Shown here one piece after another: positions 24,431 through 37,500 of a stretch of 64,000 bases of DNA. The notes under the pieces were generated by a model, which was given only the letters and a program-made list of their open reading frames with translations, was not told where the DNA came from and searched no databases. Numbering within the stretch: the first letter of the stretch is position 1; each line of letters opens with the position of its first letter. Location of the stretch: positions 155,002,001 through 155,066,000 of the forward strand of contig CM059431.1 in the NCBI GenBank assembly GCA_030390025.1. Reading direction: 5' to 3'. The stretch comes from Squalus acanthias (Eukaryota). Made by a program: the position numbers and the translations under genes.

Positions 24431-24612
24431 AGATTGACGATACTGCAATAATGGACGAACAAGGCAAGATAATCGTCACGGTTGCAGTCTCATTTGCAAT
24501 ACTGGTGGGAGCAGTCGGAGTTCTGGTGACGTGTTGTTGTCAAAACCGGAAAAATCGCGGTAAGATTGCACCGCCGACAGTAAAGATGCAGGAAATACAA
24601 GTAGTGAAATAA
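24431..24612 (+). CDS. Exon C: linker, transmembrane helix and basic tail (terminal coding exon, or TM exon ending at 24559)
   Basis: Acceptor aatttacag|, phase 1, in frame with exon B. Translates EIDDTAIMDEQGK-IIVTVAVSFAILVGAVGVLVT-CCCQNRKNRGKIAPPTVKMQEIQVVK*. An internal donor cgcg|gtaaga lies at 24559/24560. Confidence 0.8.
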
Positions 24613-25659
24613 CCAGTTGTATTTTGGTGGAGAAAAAGACATACACTTATCACTTTGTTATTCTCTCCCTAAATTATCCACCTCTACGTCCCCTGGTAAT
24701 CATTAAACTTATGCTCAAAAACCTACTTTTTTAACAGCACTTCATCTATATCTTCTTGAACCCTTATTATCATTTTCGTTGTAGCGGGTGTGTGCGTTCT
24801 TGCATCAGTAAAACTTCCTTTAGGCGCCTTGGAATATTAATTTTCCACGTTAAAGACGCCGTACAAATGCAAGTTGTTGATGATGAGGTTTTGTCTTTAT
24901 TAATAGAGATAACTCTCACGCCTTTCTCCGACCCGACTCCCGCAAATACCTCTGTGTTTTATAATGATGTACGTTCAGTTCTTTAATTATACCAGCAACA
25001 GTCATGTATTGGCTAAATTGTTGATGACTGCGTGATTATTTTCTATTCATATCCCAAACTGTTTTCCCAAAATTATGTCCTTATTACTCGTTGTAATGAT
25101 ATCCACAAAAATTAGTGTGATTGCAATTGAGTTCACAATATTTCCATTTCACTTGTTAACCCGATCAACGTTTCCTTTCGCTGTTCAATGGTATGTTTTG
25201 TACTTTTGAGCACCCGCTTGATCTTGGAGTTAAGGGAAAGAAATGATTGTAAATTCATCAATCGATGGGTTTCGAGTCGGACGCCCCCGTAAACTGCCAA
25301 CGCCGCATCCCTGCCAATAAAAGGAAGATAACTATTTTATTATCTGATAAACTAATTTCATTTAAATCACAGCTGGATGCCGGTTAATTAAGCAACGACA
25401 AGAGGAAGCATCTTTGTCGGCGGGGGGAATAGAGGGAATAACGAAATACATGTGAACCATAAGGAGTTAGTTAAGCATGGGGAGGAAGAATTAACAAAAA
25501 ATAAAGTAGGCAGATGCCCGGATGAAGTAGAGTACGATGCGAGAAAAGTATGGAGTGCGAAATGTGAATTACATACGATTACATAGGAGATACCTCAAAG
25601 AACAGGCGATTCCGCCCAACCAGACGATGCCGGCGTTTGTGCTCCACTCAAGCTGTGGA

Positions 25660-28403
25660 AATGCAAGTTGTTGTTGTGACTTATGAGACTTATTTCTTTG
25701 TTATATGAGGTATCAAACAGCAGATAACTGAGTTTTACAAGGTCTCAAACTTAGTTCTAAATTAATTCCGAAAAATAACTTCATTTATATTTTGGAGACA
25801 TTACTGATCCGAGACTGAAACTACATTTCCCCAGTGGGGAATGGAAAGGACACTGACTGAGAGTTTGCTTGGACGCACGTGTGTGAACACACACAGCGAG
25901 ACACGCGCACAAGTGGGGAATTGTGATTGTAAAACAGCAGTTAAATCTACCACTTGTATATTAATGGCCAATTCTGAGATTGTAAGACCCCTTAATATAT
26001 TCCAGAAATCAATGCTGTGCATCATCTCACTGTTTAAAGTTACATGATTCATAATATTATTCATAAGTGTTAATATTTGTGCAACAGTGGTAAGTGACCT
26101 CACTTTCTACAGTGCTGATTACTCAGGTGCTGACACCATGAGAGATATGGTCAATATATTCAAATACATGCACCAGACAGGACACATCACCAGTAACACA
26201 CGGACCATGCCACAGCCCATAGAGACCAGAGGGATCACATCTAGACATATATTGTGTGTGGATAGATATCATAGACATAAACTACCAGAATTTAATATCA
26301 AAATTCAGCAAATCCAAAATATTAAACAAAAATCGGTGAATAAATATAATATTATACCGCCAGAGTGTAAAAACTAGTGAAGGATCATTTAATTCATCAA
26401 TAATCACAAGCTCCATATTTCCGTGCAGAATATTCTCCACCTCAGGAATAAGGCTGGTTTTGGCGTGCACCGTGAGTAAAGCTTACAAACGGGCACTCTC
26501 AGTGCGGAGTCCCGGCCGACGGGAGCACATCTGGAACTCGGTTGTGGAGATCAACAACAAATTGTATTTATATAGCGAGTCGATAGGAGTAAAACGTCCC
26601 AAATGCGCTTCACAGTTGTATTATAAGACAAAAACTTGATACCGAGCCAGGTAAGGAGAAATTAGGGTAGATAATTAAAAGCTTGATCAAAGACTTAGGT
26701 TTTAAGGAGCGACTTAAAGACGGAAAGTGAATTGGAGAGTCGGAGAGGTTTAGGGAGGGATTTCCAGAAATTAGGGCCCAGGCAACAGGTGGCACGGCCA
26801 CCAATGCTTGAGCGATTATTATCAGGGATGCTAAAGAGGGCAGAATTATAGGAGCGCATTTATCTCGCGGCTAGCGGGGGGGACTTTTTATTCGTTTACG
26901 GGATGTGGGCGTTGCTGGAAAGGCCAGCATTTATTGCACAAGCCTAATTGCCCTTGAGAAGGTGCTGGTGACCTGCCTTCTTGAAAAGCTGCAGTCCGTG
27001 TGGTGAAGATACTCCCATAGTGCTGTTATTTACAGAGTTCCAGGATTTTGATCCAGCGACGATGAAGGATCAGCGATATACTTCTAAGTCAGGATGGTGT
27101 GTGACTTGAAGGGGAACCTGGAGGTGGTGGTGTTCCCATGCGCCTGCTTTCCTTGTCCTTCTAGGTGGTAGAGGTCGCGGGTTTGGGAGGTGCTGCCAAA
27201 GTATCCTTGACGAGTTGCTGTAGTGCATCTTCTCGATGGTACACACTGCAGCCACGGTACGCCGGTGGCGGAGGGAGTGATTGTTTACTGTGTTGGATGG
27301 GGTGCCAATCAAGCGGGCTGCTTTGTCCTGGATTGTGTCGAGTTTCTTGAGTGTTGCTGGAGCTGCACTCATCCAGGCAAATGAAGAGTATTCCATCACA
27401 CTCCTTACTTGTGACTTGTAGATGATGGAAAGGTGTTGGGGAGTCAGGAGGTGATACACTCGCCGCAGAATATCTAGCCTCTGAAATGCGCTTGTTGCCA
27501 CAGTTTTTATGTGGCTGATCTAGTTAAGTTTCAGGACAACGGTTACCCCCAGGGTATTGATGGTTGGAGATTCGGCGTTGAATGTCAAGGGGAGATGGTT
27601 AGACTCTCACTTGTTGGAGATAGTCATTGCCGGGCACTTCTGTGGCGCGAATGTTACCTGCCAATTATCAGCACAAGCCTGAACGTCGTCCAGGTCTTGT
27701 TGCATGCGGGCATGGAAAGCTAAATCATATTAGGAATTGTGAATGGCGCTGAGCACTGTGCAGTCATCAGCGAACATCCCCATTTCTCACCTTTTGTTGG
27801 AGGGAAGGTCATTGATGAAGCAGCTGAAGATGGTTGGGTCCAGGACACTGCCCTGAGGAACTCCTGCAGCGATGTCCTGGGGCTGTGATGATTGAGCTTC
27901 AATCACCAGAACCATCTTCCTTTATGCTGGATATGACTGCAACAATGGAGCGTTTCCCCCGCGATTCCCAGATGACTTCAGTCTTACTTGCGCTCCTTGA
28001 TGCCACACGCAGTCAAATGCTGCCTTGATGTCAAGGGCAGTTACTCTCACCTCCTTTGTCCATGTTTGAAACAAGGCTGTGATGAGGTCGGGAGCTGAGT
28101 GGTCTTGGCGGAATCGGAACAGGGCAACAGTGAGCAGGTTATTGGTGAGTTAGTGCCGCTTGATAGCAATATCGATGACACATTCAATCACATGGCTGAT
28201 GAATGAGAGCAGTCTAATCGGGCGGTAACTGGCTGGGTTGGATTTGTCCGGCTTTTTGTGGACAGGACATACCTGAGCAGTTTACCAGTCGGATAGATGC
28301 CAGTGTTATAGCTGTACTGGAACAGCTTGGTTAGAGGCGCATCTAGTTCTGGAGCACAAGTCTTCAGCACGATAGTCGGGATGTTGTCGGGGCCCATAGC
28401 CTC
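25660..28403 (+). repeat. Segmental duplication unit, copy 2 (includes an L2 tail and a minus-strand CR1-group fragment at 26885-28403)
   Basis: Colinear with 11340-14076. ORFs 27070-27501 and 28188-28412 match those of copy 1. Confidence 0.9.
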
Positions 28404-29079
28404 AATCCACATCTGAGACTAGAGAGCGGAATTTATAAAACTGTTGGAGCTGAAACAGAATATTTATGAAATATTGAAAAATTACTAGCAGGGAAATGGA
28501 AGGCTGTGTTCGAGTGTGAGAGATGAGGTGACTCGATGTTAAAAAATGCAATTAAAATAGGATCAACATTACAAAGATTTGGATTGAGGATTGACTGTTA
28601 TGCCTGTAAATGTACAAATCATTCCAAAGATATTTGGAAAATCAGAAGGATGAGAGATGTGATTTAGTATCGATAGGACAGGGCCTGGGATTTCACTGGA
28701 CTCAGAGATATGCTCCTGGTCATAACATTTTGAGGAGGAGAAAAATAAATGTGGACGCCATAATCAATAAAGGGTTCCAGGACAGCGCCAGAAGAACAAT
28801 AAAACACTTTTATTTCTATAGCATCTTTAACGTATTAAAACGTCCTAAGGCGCTTCACTGGAGCGTTATCAAACAAAATGTGATACCGAGCCACATAAGG
28901 AGATATTCGGACAGGTGACCAAAAGCTTCGCCAGAGAGGGAGGTTTTAAGGAGCGTCTCAAAGGAGGAGAGAGATGTTTTGAACAAAAGGATCTTCCTGG
29001 GCGCTATATTAAGGTAGAATCCGTGCATTTTAAAGTAAAATAGTGAAAAGACACTATTACACATATTGAATAATTCGTT

Positions 29080-30560
29080 TGATAAAGGTGTCATGCCAGA
29101 GGACTCGCGGATGGCTAACGTTGTACCTATATTTAAGAAGAGGGATAGAACATATCTCGGAAACTAAAGACCAGTCAGCTTGAATCAGTAGTAGGAACAA
29201 TAATGGAATCTGTACTAAAAGAGAAAATAGAAAAAAATCTAGAAAGCAAAAATATAATAATGAATAGTCAACATGGATTTCAATGGGAAATTCTTGCTTG
29301 ACCAGCTTCATTGAATTCTTTGACGAGGGAACAGAGAGAGTAGACAGAGGTAATGTGGTAGATGTAATATCTGTGGATTTCTAAAAGGTCTTTGATAAGG
29401 TACCACATAATAAACTAATGAATAAGGTGAGAGCATGAGGAGTCAGGGGACAAGTAGCAGAATGGATAGCTTGGTGGATGCAGGACAGAAATCAGAGAGT
29501 AGGGGTAAAGGGTAGCTATTCAGAGTTGCAGAAGGTGGATAGTGCTGCTCCACAAGGATCAGTGCTGGGATCACTGTTGTTCACTATTTACTTTAACGAT
29601 TTAGACTTTTGAATCAAAAACAAAATTACTCAATTCGTGGAAAACCTAAAATAATGATGGATAGTCAATACTGAGGAGGACTTCAATAATTTACAGGAAG
29701 CCATTAATAAACTTGCAGAATAGGCATGTCATTGGCAAATATATATCAACATAGATAAGTGTGTTTTATCACATTTTGGTTAGAAAAGTAAGAAGGTCAC
29801 ATATTACTTAGAAATAAGAATCTTTATGGGGTAGTGGAGCAAAGTGATCTCGGATTAAAAATACACAAATCATTAAAAGTTACAACGCAGGTTAATAAAG
29901 GCATAACAAGAGCAAAACAAGCACTGGGTTTTCTTTGTAGAGGGATAGAATTGAAAAGTAGGGAAGTTATGAGAAACTTGTATCGAACCTTGGTTAGACC
30001 AGACTTGGAGTACTGTGTACAGTTCTGGTCGCCGTATTATAGAAAAAGCATACAGAGGCAATGGAGTAGGTGCAAAAAGGATTTACAAGGGTGATGCCTA
30101 AACTGCCTGGTTCTAAATATCAGGAAAGTTTGAACAGGCTTGGTCTCTTTTCTCGTGAAAAGAGAGGATTTAGGAGTGACATATTACAAGTCTTTAAAAT
30201 TCTGAAAGGTTTTGATACAGTAGACAAAGTGCTTCCACTTGTGGTGAAGAGCAAAACTAGAGGCCATCAATATAAGATAGTCACCAAGAAATGAAATAGG
30301 GAATTCAGGAGAAACATCTTTAGCCACAGAGTGCTGAGAATGTGAAATTCACTACCACAGGGAGTGGTTGAAGCGAATAGTATAGATGCATTTAAGGGGA
30401 GGCTTGATAAGCCTATGAGGGAGAAGGGAATACAGGGTTATGCTGATAGTTGGATGAGGAAGGATGGGAGGAGGCTGGAGTGGAAAATAAATGGACTGGT
30501 TGGGCCGAATGGCCTGTTTCTGTGCTTTATATTGTTTGTAATTCTAAGTAATCCATATGT
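29080..30560 (+). mobile_element. Degenerate CR1 LINE 3' half
   Basis: ORF 29834-30094 contains LYRTLVRPDLEYCVQFWSP. RT remnants lie upstream and a 3' tail downstream. Confidence 0.88.
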
Positions 30561-31289
30561 ATAAAGGTAAGCATTAAGATGGTAAAGAGCAATGTTCCCC
30601 CTGATATTTTTTAGGTGCGGCTCCCTTTAATGAGCTGCGCAGACCATTCACAATTTCGCGCATGTGCCAAATCTACCATAGAAAAGTCGGTAAGCGGCCT
30701 GAGCAGGATCTCCAGATAGCTGCGCGGTCGTGCAGCTGAGCAGGAACGTTGCAGTGGAGGTGAGATAGAGGGGGAGCTGGGAGAAACTCGTGGACGGTGA
30801 AGGTTTTGCAGATAAAAAATAGTTCCTTTGATAGAGGAAGTGAAAATGTTGATGTAATGGAGGAGGATGTGGGTCCACAGTTAGAGATCACATTACAGAA
30901 GGAATTGGATCAGAGAAAAATAGCTGAGGTGGATAAGTCACTGGACCGAGAGATAATGCACCTCAGGCTGTTAAAGGAAAAATCAGTGGGGAGATAAAAA
31001 GGACTCTGAGCACAATTTTTCTATCCTCATATAATATCGGAAATGTACAGGTGGACTGAAGAGCCCAAACAATGTCGCTGTTAAAATGCGCTAGAGAAGG
31101 ATCTGCGGGTAACTGAAGACCAATTCATCTGTTGTTTGTGAGAAAGCTGTTCGAACCTGTAATTCCAGGTTGAATTAATGAACATTTAGAGATAAAGCCG
31201 AGGCTGGAACAGATTAGCTGTAGACAAGTTGTATTTGACGAATTTGATGCAGCTTTTCTGAGACGTGCCTGTATAGATCTGCTATTGAA

Positions 31290-31700
31290 AGCATCAATCA
31301 CCCGTGTGCATTCTGACCTACATTTGCTCACGATCCGGCAACACCTCGATTTAAAAATTCTCATCATTGTTTTCAAATCCCTCCATGTCTCGCCACTCCC
31401 AATCTGTGTCACCTCCTCCAACTCTAAACCGTCGAGATCTCTGCGATCCCGTAATTCTGGCCACTTACGCATCCCCGAATTTAATCACTCCGCCATTGGT
31501 GGCCATGCCTTCTACTGCCCTAAAGTCTGGAATTCCATCTCTCTCCTTATGACGCTCCTTAAAACCTACCTCTTTGGCCAGGCTTTTGGTCACCTGTCCT
31601 AATATGTGGCTCGGTGTTTAATTTTGTTTGATAGCGCTCCTGCGATGTTCCTTGGAACATCTTATTACGTTTAAAAATCTTTATAAATTAAAGCTGCTGC
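31290..31700 (+). mobile_element. L2 3' end fragment
   Basis: DLH.L.IRQ.LDLKILI.VFKSLH and LLKTYLF..AF, followed by an L2 tail. Confidence 0.8.
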
Positions 31701-31944
31701 TGTGGAGATTGTAATTTTGCCTCATCAATCGGTTAAGTCGGGTATTTGGCTGTTCTACCCAGACAGGACCTTTGCTGTACGCCATGTCATTCGGAATCAG
31801 TCCCTGGATCCTGCAGATACTTTACAGCACATTCATCTTGTACGCAACCTTTTGCCAGGAAAGCTACAGTTCCATCATGTGGGCTCGGTGCCCTAGAATA
31901 TTGAGCCCGACCTCTTGTGACAGACATGGTGTGCTGCCATTCTG

Positions 31945-33272
31945 TGGGGTGGGGCTGGGTCCGTGGATTGTCAGTGTCGGGCTGGGTGAGTGCAGTGTTC
32001 GGTTGTGTGAGTGGGGTTTCGGTGTTGGGTTGGGTCAGTGGAGTATCGGTGATGGGCTAGGTAGTGAGGTGTCACTGTATGGCTGCGTCAGTGGGGTTTC
32101 GGTGTTGGGCTGTGTCAGTGAGGTGTCGGTTTTGGGCTGTGTCTGTGGTGTGTCGCTGTTGGTCTGGGTCAGTGAGGTGTCGGTTTTGGGCTGGGTCAGT
32201 TAGGTGTCTGTGTTGGGCTGGGTCAGTGGGGTGTCGGGGTTGCGCTGGGTCAGTGATGGTGCCGGTTTTGATCTGGCTCAGTGAGGTGTCGGTGTTGGGC
32301 TGGGTCAGTGAGGGTGTCGGTGTTGGACTGGGTCATTGGGTTGTCGGTGTTGGGCTGGGTCAGTGAGGGTGTCGAAGCTAGGTCAGTGGGGTGTCGGTGT
32401 TGGGCTGAGTCAGTGAGGGTGTCGAAGCTAGGTCAGTGGGGTGTCGGTGTTGGGCTGGGTAAGTGTGGTTTCGGTGTTGGGCTGTGTCAGTGGGTTGTCG
32501 GGTTGTGGCCGGGTCAGTGTGTTTCGGTGATTTGCTGGGTCAGTGTGGTATTGTTGTCGGGCTGGGTCAGAGAGGATGTCGGTTTTGGCCTGGGTAAGTG
32601 GTGTGTCGGTTTAGGACTGGGTCAGTGAGGGTGTCGGTGTTGGGCTGTGTCAGTTGGGTGTCGGTATAGGAGTGGATCAGTGGGGTGTCGGTGTAGGACA
32701 AGGTCAGTGAGGGTGTCGGTGTTGTGTCAGTGAGGGTATCGGTCTAGGTCTGGTCAGTGGGGTGTCGGTGTAGGAATGGTTCATGGGGTGTCGGTGTTGG
32801 TCTGGGACAGTGGGGTGTTGGTGTGGGGAATGGGTCTGTGGGGTGTCGGTGTTTGACTGGGTCAGTAGCGCGTCGGTGTTGGGTCAGTGAGGGTGCCGGT
32901 GTTGGGGTGGGTCAGTGGGGTCTTGTTGTTGGCCTCGGTGAGTGGGTTGTCGTTGACTAGCTGGGTCACTGAGGATGTCGAGGCTGGTCAGTGAGGGTAT
33001 TGTGGCTGGTCAGAGAGGGTGTTGGGGTTGGGTCAGAGAGGGAGTTGGGGTTGGGTCAGTGAGTGTGTCGGGACTGGGTCAGTGAGGGTGTCTGGACTGG
33101 GTCAGTGAGGGTGTCGGGACTGGGTTACTGAGGGTGCCGGGTCTGGGCCACTGAGGGATTTGGGGCTGGTCAGAGAGGGTGTTGGGGCTGGTCAGAGAGG
33201 GTGTTGGGGTTGGGTCAGAGAGGGTGTTGGGGTTGGGTCAGTGAGGGTGTCGCGGCTGGGTCAGTGAGGGTG
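31945..33272. repeat. G-rich minisatellite (about 27-bp unit, shortening to about 21 bp at the right end)
   Basis: Tandem variants of tcagtggggtgtcggtgttgggctggg. Confidence 0.93.
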
Positions 33273-33273
33273 T

Positions 33274-34497
33274 CCTACGATGCCACCTTCCATACCAGTG
33301 CTTCTGACATGTCTTCCTTTTTCCTCAACGAGGATTCCCCTCTATATTAGTTGACACGGCCCTTGACCATTTCCGTTCTATCTCCCGCACCTGTCCCCTC
33401 ATCCCTGCCCCTCCCTCCCGGAACCACGACAGAGTTCCCCTTGTCCTCACCTTTCACGCCACCAGCCTCCACATTCAACGGATCATCCTTCGCCATTTCC
33501 GCCATCTCCAGCGTGATGCCAACACCAAATGCATCTTCCCCTCACGTCCACTTTCAGCATTCCGTAGGGACCGCTCCCTCCGCGACACCCTAGTCCACTC
33601 CTCTATCACCCCCAACATCCCTTCCTCTTCGCCCGGCACCTTCCCGTGCAAGCGCAGGAGATGCAACACCTGCACTTATACCTCCATCCTTCCCACTGTC
33701 CAGGGCCCGAAACACCCCTTCCAGGTGAAATAGCGATTTCCTTGTACTTCTTGCAATTTAGTATAATGTATTCGCTGCTCACGATGTGGTCTCCTCTACA
33801 TTGGGGAGACCATACGCAGCTTGGGTGACCACTTTGCGGAACACCTGCTTTCATTCCGTAAGGGGAACCCCGAGCTTCCGGTCGCCTGTCACTTTAACTC
33901 ACTGCTTCACACCCACTCAGACCTCACTGTACTCGGCCTCTTGCATTGTTCCACGGAAGCTCAGCGTAAGCTTGTGGAACAATACCTCATCTTTCGATTA
34001 GGCACTTTCCAGCCTTCTGGACTCAAAATAGAGTTCAACAATTTCAGGTGATAACCTCGGCCCCTATCATATATATATATATTTTTTATCCACACTCTTT
34101 GTCTGTCTTTTTTGTCTTTTCCCCCACATGGCAGCTGTCTTTCATTCTGCCAGCGCAATTTACACTTCATCGAGAGCCATCGTTTGTTTCTTAACCTGTC
34201 CCATTACCATCTCCTTTTGCCTTGAATATCTCTTAATGTCTCTTAACCTCTTCCGCCTTATATCCTATCACAGACCTTCCCTTTTGTTCTTTCATCCCCT
34301 CCCCGCTTTCCTAACCTCAACACTTGCTAAAAAAATCTGTTTCATGTCCTGCTTTTTTCCAGTTCTGACGAAAGGTCATCGACCTGAAACGTTAATTCTG
34401 TTTCTATCTTCACAGACGCTGCCTGGCCTGCTGAGGTTCTCCAGCACTTTCTGTTTTTATTTCAGATTTCCAGCATCTGCAGTATTTTATTTTTGTC
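33274..34497 (+). mobile_element. Penelope-like element 3' part (GIY-YIG endonuclease remnant plus terminal repeat)
   Basis: CKRRRCNTC near 33647 and CSRCGLLYIGET near 33776. ORF 33821-34051 reads FAEHL...PVACHFN...HSDL...EQYLIFRLGTFQPSGL.IEF. Confidence 0.9.
34361..34397 (+). ncRNA. Minimal type I hammerhead ribozyme motif
   Basis: agtt-CTGACGA-a-aggtc-atc-gacct-GAAA-cg-TT-aatt: conserved core, 5-bp stem II, palindromic minimal stem III, and stem I agtt/aatt. Confidence 0.75.
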
Positions 34498-34569
34498 TTA
34501 CAATACTCCTGCGCAGTGCCTTGGGATGTTTCAGAACCTTAAATGCCCTATACAAATGACAGTTGTTGT

Positions 34570-37500
34570 TATAAGAAAATAAATTGACACCGTGCCACAT
34601 AAGGTGAAATTAGCGCAGATGACTAAAAGATTGGTCAAACAGGTAGGTTTTAAGGAACGATATAAAGGAGTGAAATAGAGGTAGAGAGGCGGAGTGGTAT
34701 AATGAGGGATTTCAACAGCTTAGAGCCTTGGCAACTGAAGGCACGGCCAGCAGTAGTTGAGCGAATATAATCAGGTATGCGCAAGTGGGCTGAATTATAG
34801 GTGCGCATCTATCTTGGGGTGGGGCGGCGAGGCTGGAAGAGATTAGAGGTAGGGAGGTGCGAGGCCATGGAGGGAATTGAAAAGAAGGGTGAGAATTTTG
34901 AAATCGAGGCGTTGCTTAACCGGGATCCAATGTCTCTTCTTCTTATGCAGTCCCTCGGAACCCAGGATGACTTGCTTCGACATTAAACATTAGTTCCCAG
35001 GTGACTGATGAGTTCAATGCGGTACCTACAGTTTCTGTCATAGGTGGGGCAGACGGTGGTTGAAGGGGCGGGTGGGTGGGGTGCTTGGTTTGACTTGCGC
35101 TCCTTCAGCTATTTGCACTTGGCTTCCGCTTGCTCCCGGCGAAGAGGCTCGAGGTGATCGGCGCTTTCCCGGGTGCTTCTCTTCCACTTTGTCTGGTCTT
35201 GGGCCAGGAATTCCCAGGTGTCGGTGGGGATGCTGCACTTTTTCAAGGAGGCCTTGCGGGTGTCTTCGAAGCTTTTCCTCTGCCCTTCTGGGTATCTCTT
35301 GCTGTGTCGGAGCTCCGAGTACAGCTCTTGTTTTGGGAGTATCGTATCGGGCATGCGGACGATGTGGCCCGTCCATCGGAACTAATCCAGCACGGTGAAA
35401 GCTTCGATGCTGGGGATGTTGGCCTGAGCGAGAACACTGATGTTGTTGCGCCTATCCAGCCAATAGATTTGCAGGATCTTGCGGAGGCAGTGTTGGTGTT
35501 ACCTCTCCAGATCTTTGAGGTGCTTGCTGTACTTGGTCCATGACTCCGAAGCATACAGGAGTTCTGGTATCACTACTGCTCTGTTGACCATTAGCTTGGT
35601 GCTGGGTTTGCGGTCCTGGTCTTCAAACACTCTCTTCCTCAGGCGAACGAAGGCTGCACTGGCACACTGAAGGCAGTGTTGGACTTCGTCATCGACGCCC
35701 TTGTTGACAGTAGTTTCCCGAGGTATGGAAAGTTGTCCACGTTGACCAAGGTCTGCGAGCTAAGGGGTGATGGGTGAATGGGACTTGGTGCGAGTTAGGA
35801 CACTGGCACCCGAGTTTAGAGTGGCCTCTAATTTATGTTGGGTAGAATGTGGGTGGCCAGCCAGGAGTGTTTTGGAACAGTCAAGTCTGGAGGTAACAAA
35901 GGCATGGATACGGGTTTCAGGAGCAGATGTTCTGATGCAGGTTTGGAGACAAGCGAGGGTGGAGGTGGAAATAGGCGGTCTTAGTTAGGCCGCGGATACT
36001 TTGTCAGAGGCTCCTTTCAGGCTCAAATCTGAATCCAAGATTGCAAAAAGTGTGGTTCAACCTCAGACAGATGTTAGGGAGCGGGATGGAGTCAGTGACG
36101 GGGAATGAAAAAAATGGCTTCCCAATATTTATCTGGAGAAAAATTCTGCTCATCCAGAACTGGATGTCGGACAAGCAGTCTGACAACTTAGAGACAGTGA
36201 AGGTATCGAGAGAAGTGGTAGTGAGCTGGAGCTGCGTGTCGTCATCTTAAACGTGGAAACTGAAGCTTTGTTTTCCGATGATGTTGTCAAGGGGCAACAT
36301 GTAGATGAAAAATAGGAAGGGGTCAAGGATAGATTCTTGGGGGAAACCAGAGGCAGTGATGCGCGAGTGAGAAGAGAAGCCATTGCACGTGATTCTCTGT
36401 CTATGATAAATAAGAATGGAACCAGACGAGTGCAGTCACAAACAGCTGAACGACGGTGGAAAGGCGTTGGAGGAGTGTGGAGTGGTCAACCGTGTCAAAG
36501 GGTGCTGAGAAGTCGAGAAGGCCGAGGAGGCATAATTTGTCTTTTTCGCTGTCACAAATTATTTCATTTGTGACCTTGATGAGAGCCGTTTCATTACTGT
36601 GGCAGGGGCGGAAACCCGATTGGAGGCACTCAAATATGGACTTCCAGGTAGTATGGAAATGGCTTTGGAAGGCAACAACATGTTCAAGGAAAATGCAGCG
36701 GAAAGGGAAGTTGGAGTTGGGGCGGAAATTTGCAAGGACGGAGCAGTCGAGAGTTATTTATTTGAGGAGAGTGGTGATGACGGCAGATTTGAAGGAGAGA
36801 GGGACAGTACCTGAGGAGAGAGAGCCATTATTAATGTCAGCTAACATGGGAGCCAAAAAAGGAAATGCGTGATCAGCAGATAGCTGGAAATAGGATCGAG
36901 CGAGCAGAAACTTGGTCTCATAGACACGATGAGTGAGGGAGAGGTCAAGGGAGGAGACCAGAGAGAAGTTGGAGAAAGATGCGTGTTCAGGGCATGGGCA
37001 GAGGGAACGCTATTGAATATTTTCCCGGTGGGATAGGGGACGGATGAGAAGTGGCAGAGGCAGCTGATCCGATGGTCTGAATCTTAGAGACAAATACATT
37101 TATGAGCCTCTCGCAATTGTTGTTGGAGGTGAGGGTAGAGGAGACAGGGGAGAGAGGTTTCAGAAGCTGTTTAGCAGTGGAGAATAGAAGCCGGGGTTTG
37201 TCTTTGCATTCCAGAATGACTTTGGAATAGTGAGCAATTTTTGCAGACGAGAGCAGGACCCGATAATGCTTTATGTGGTCCAGCCAGAACTGGCGGCAAA
37301 TGGCTAAACCCATTGTCCGCCATATCTGTTCAATTCTGCGTCTCTTGGAATTAAGGGAGAGATATGAGGGCTGTACCAATTAGAAAAGCCAGGGTGAGAA
37401 AATGTGATTGATTTAATAGGGAGTAGGGCATCGAAGGCGGTCGTCAGGGTGTGGTTGAGCTGATCGGGAGCTGTAGTAATGTTGTGGTGAATGGAGGGCC

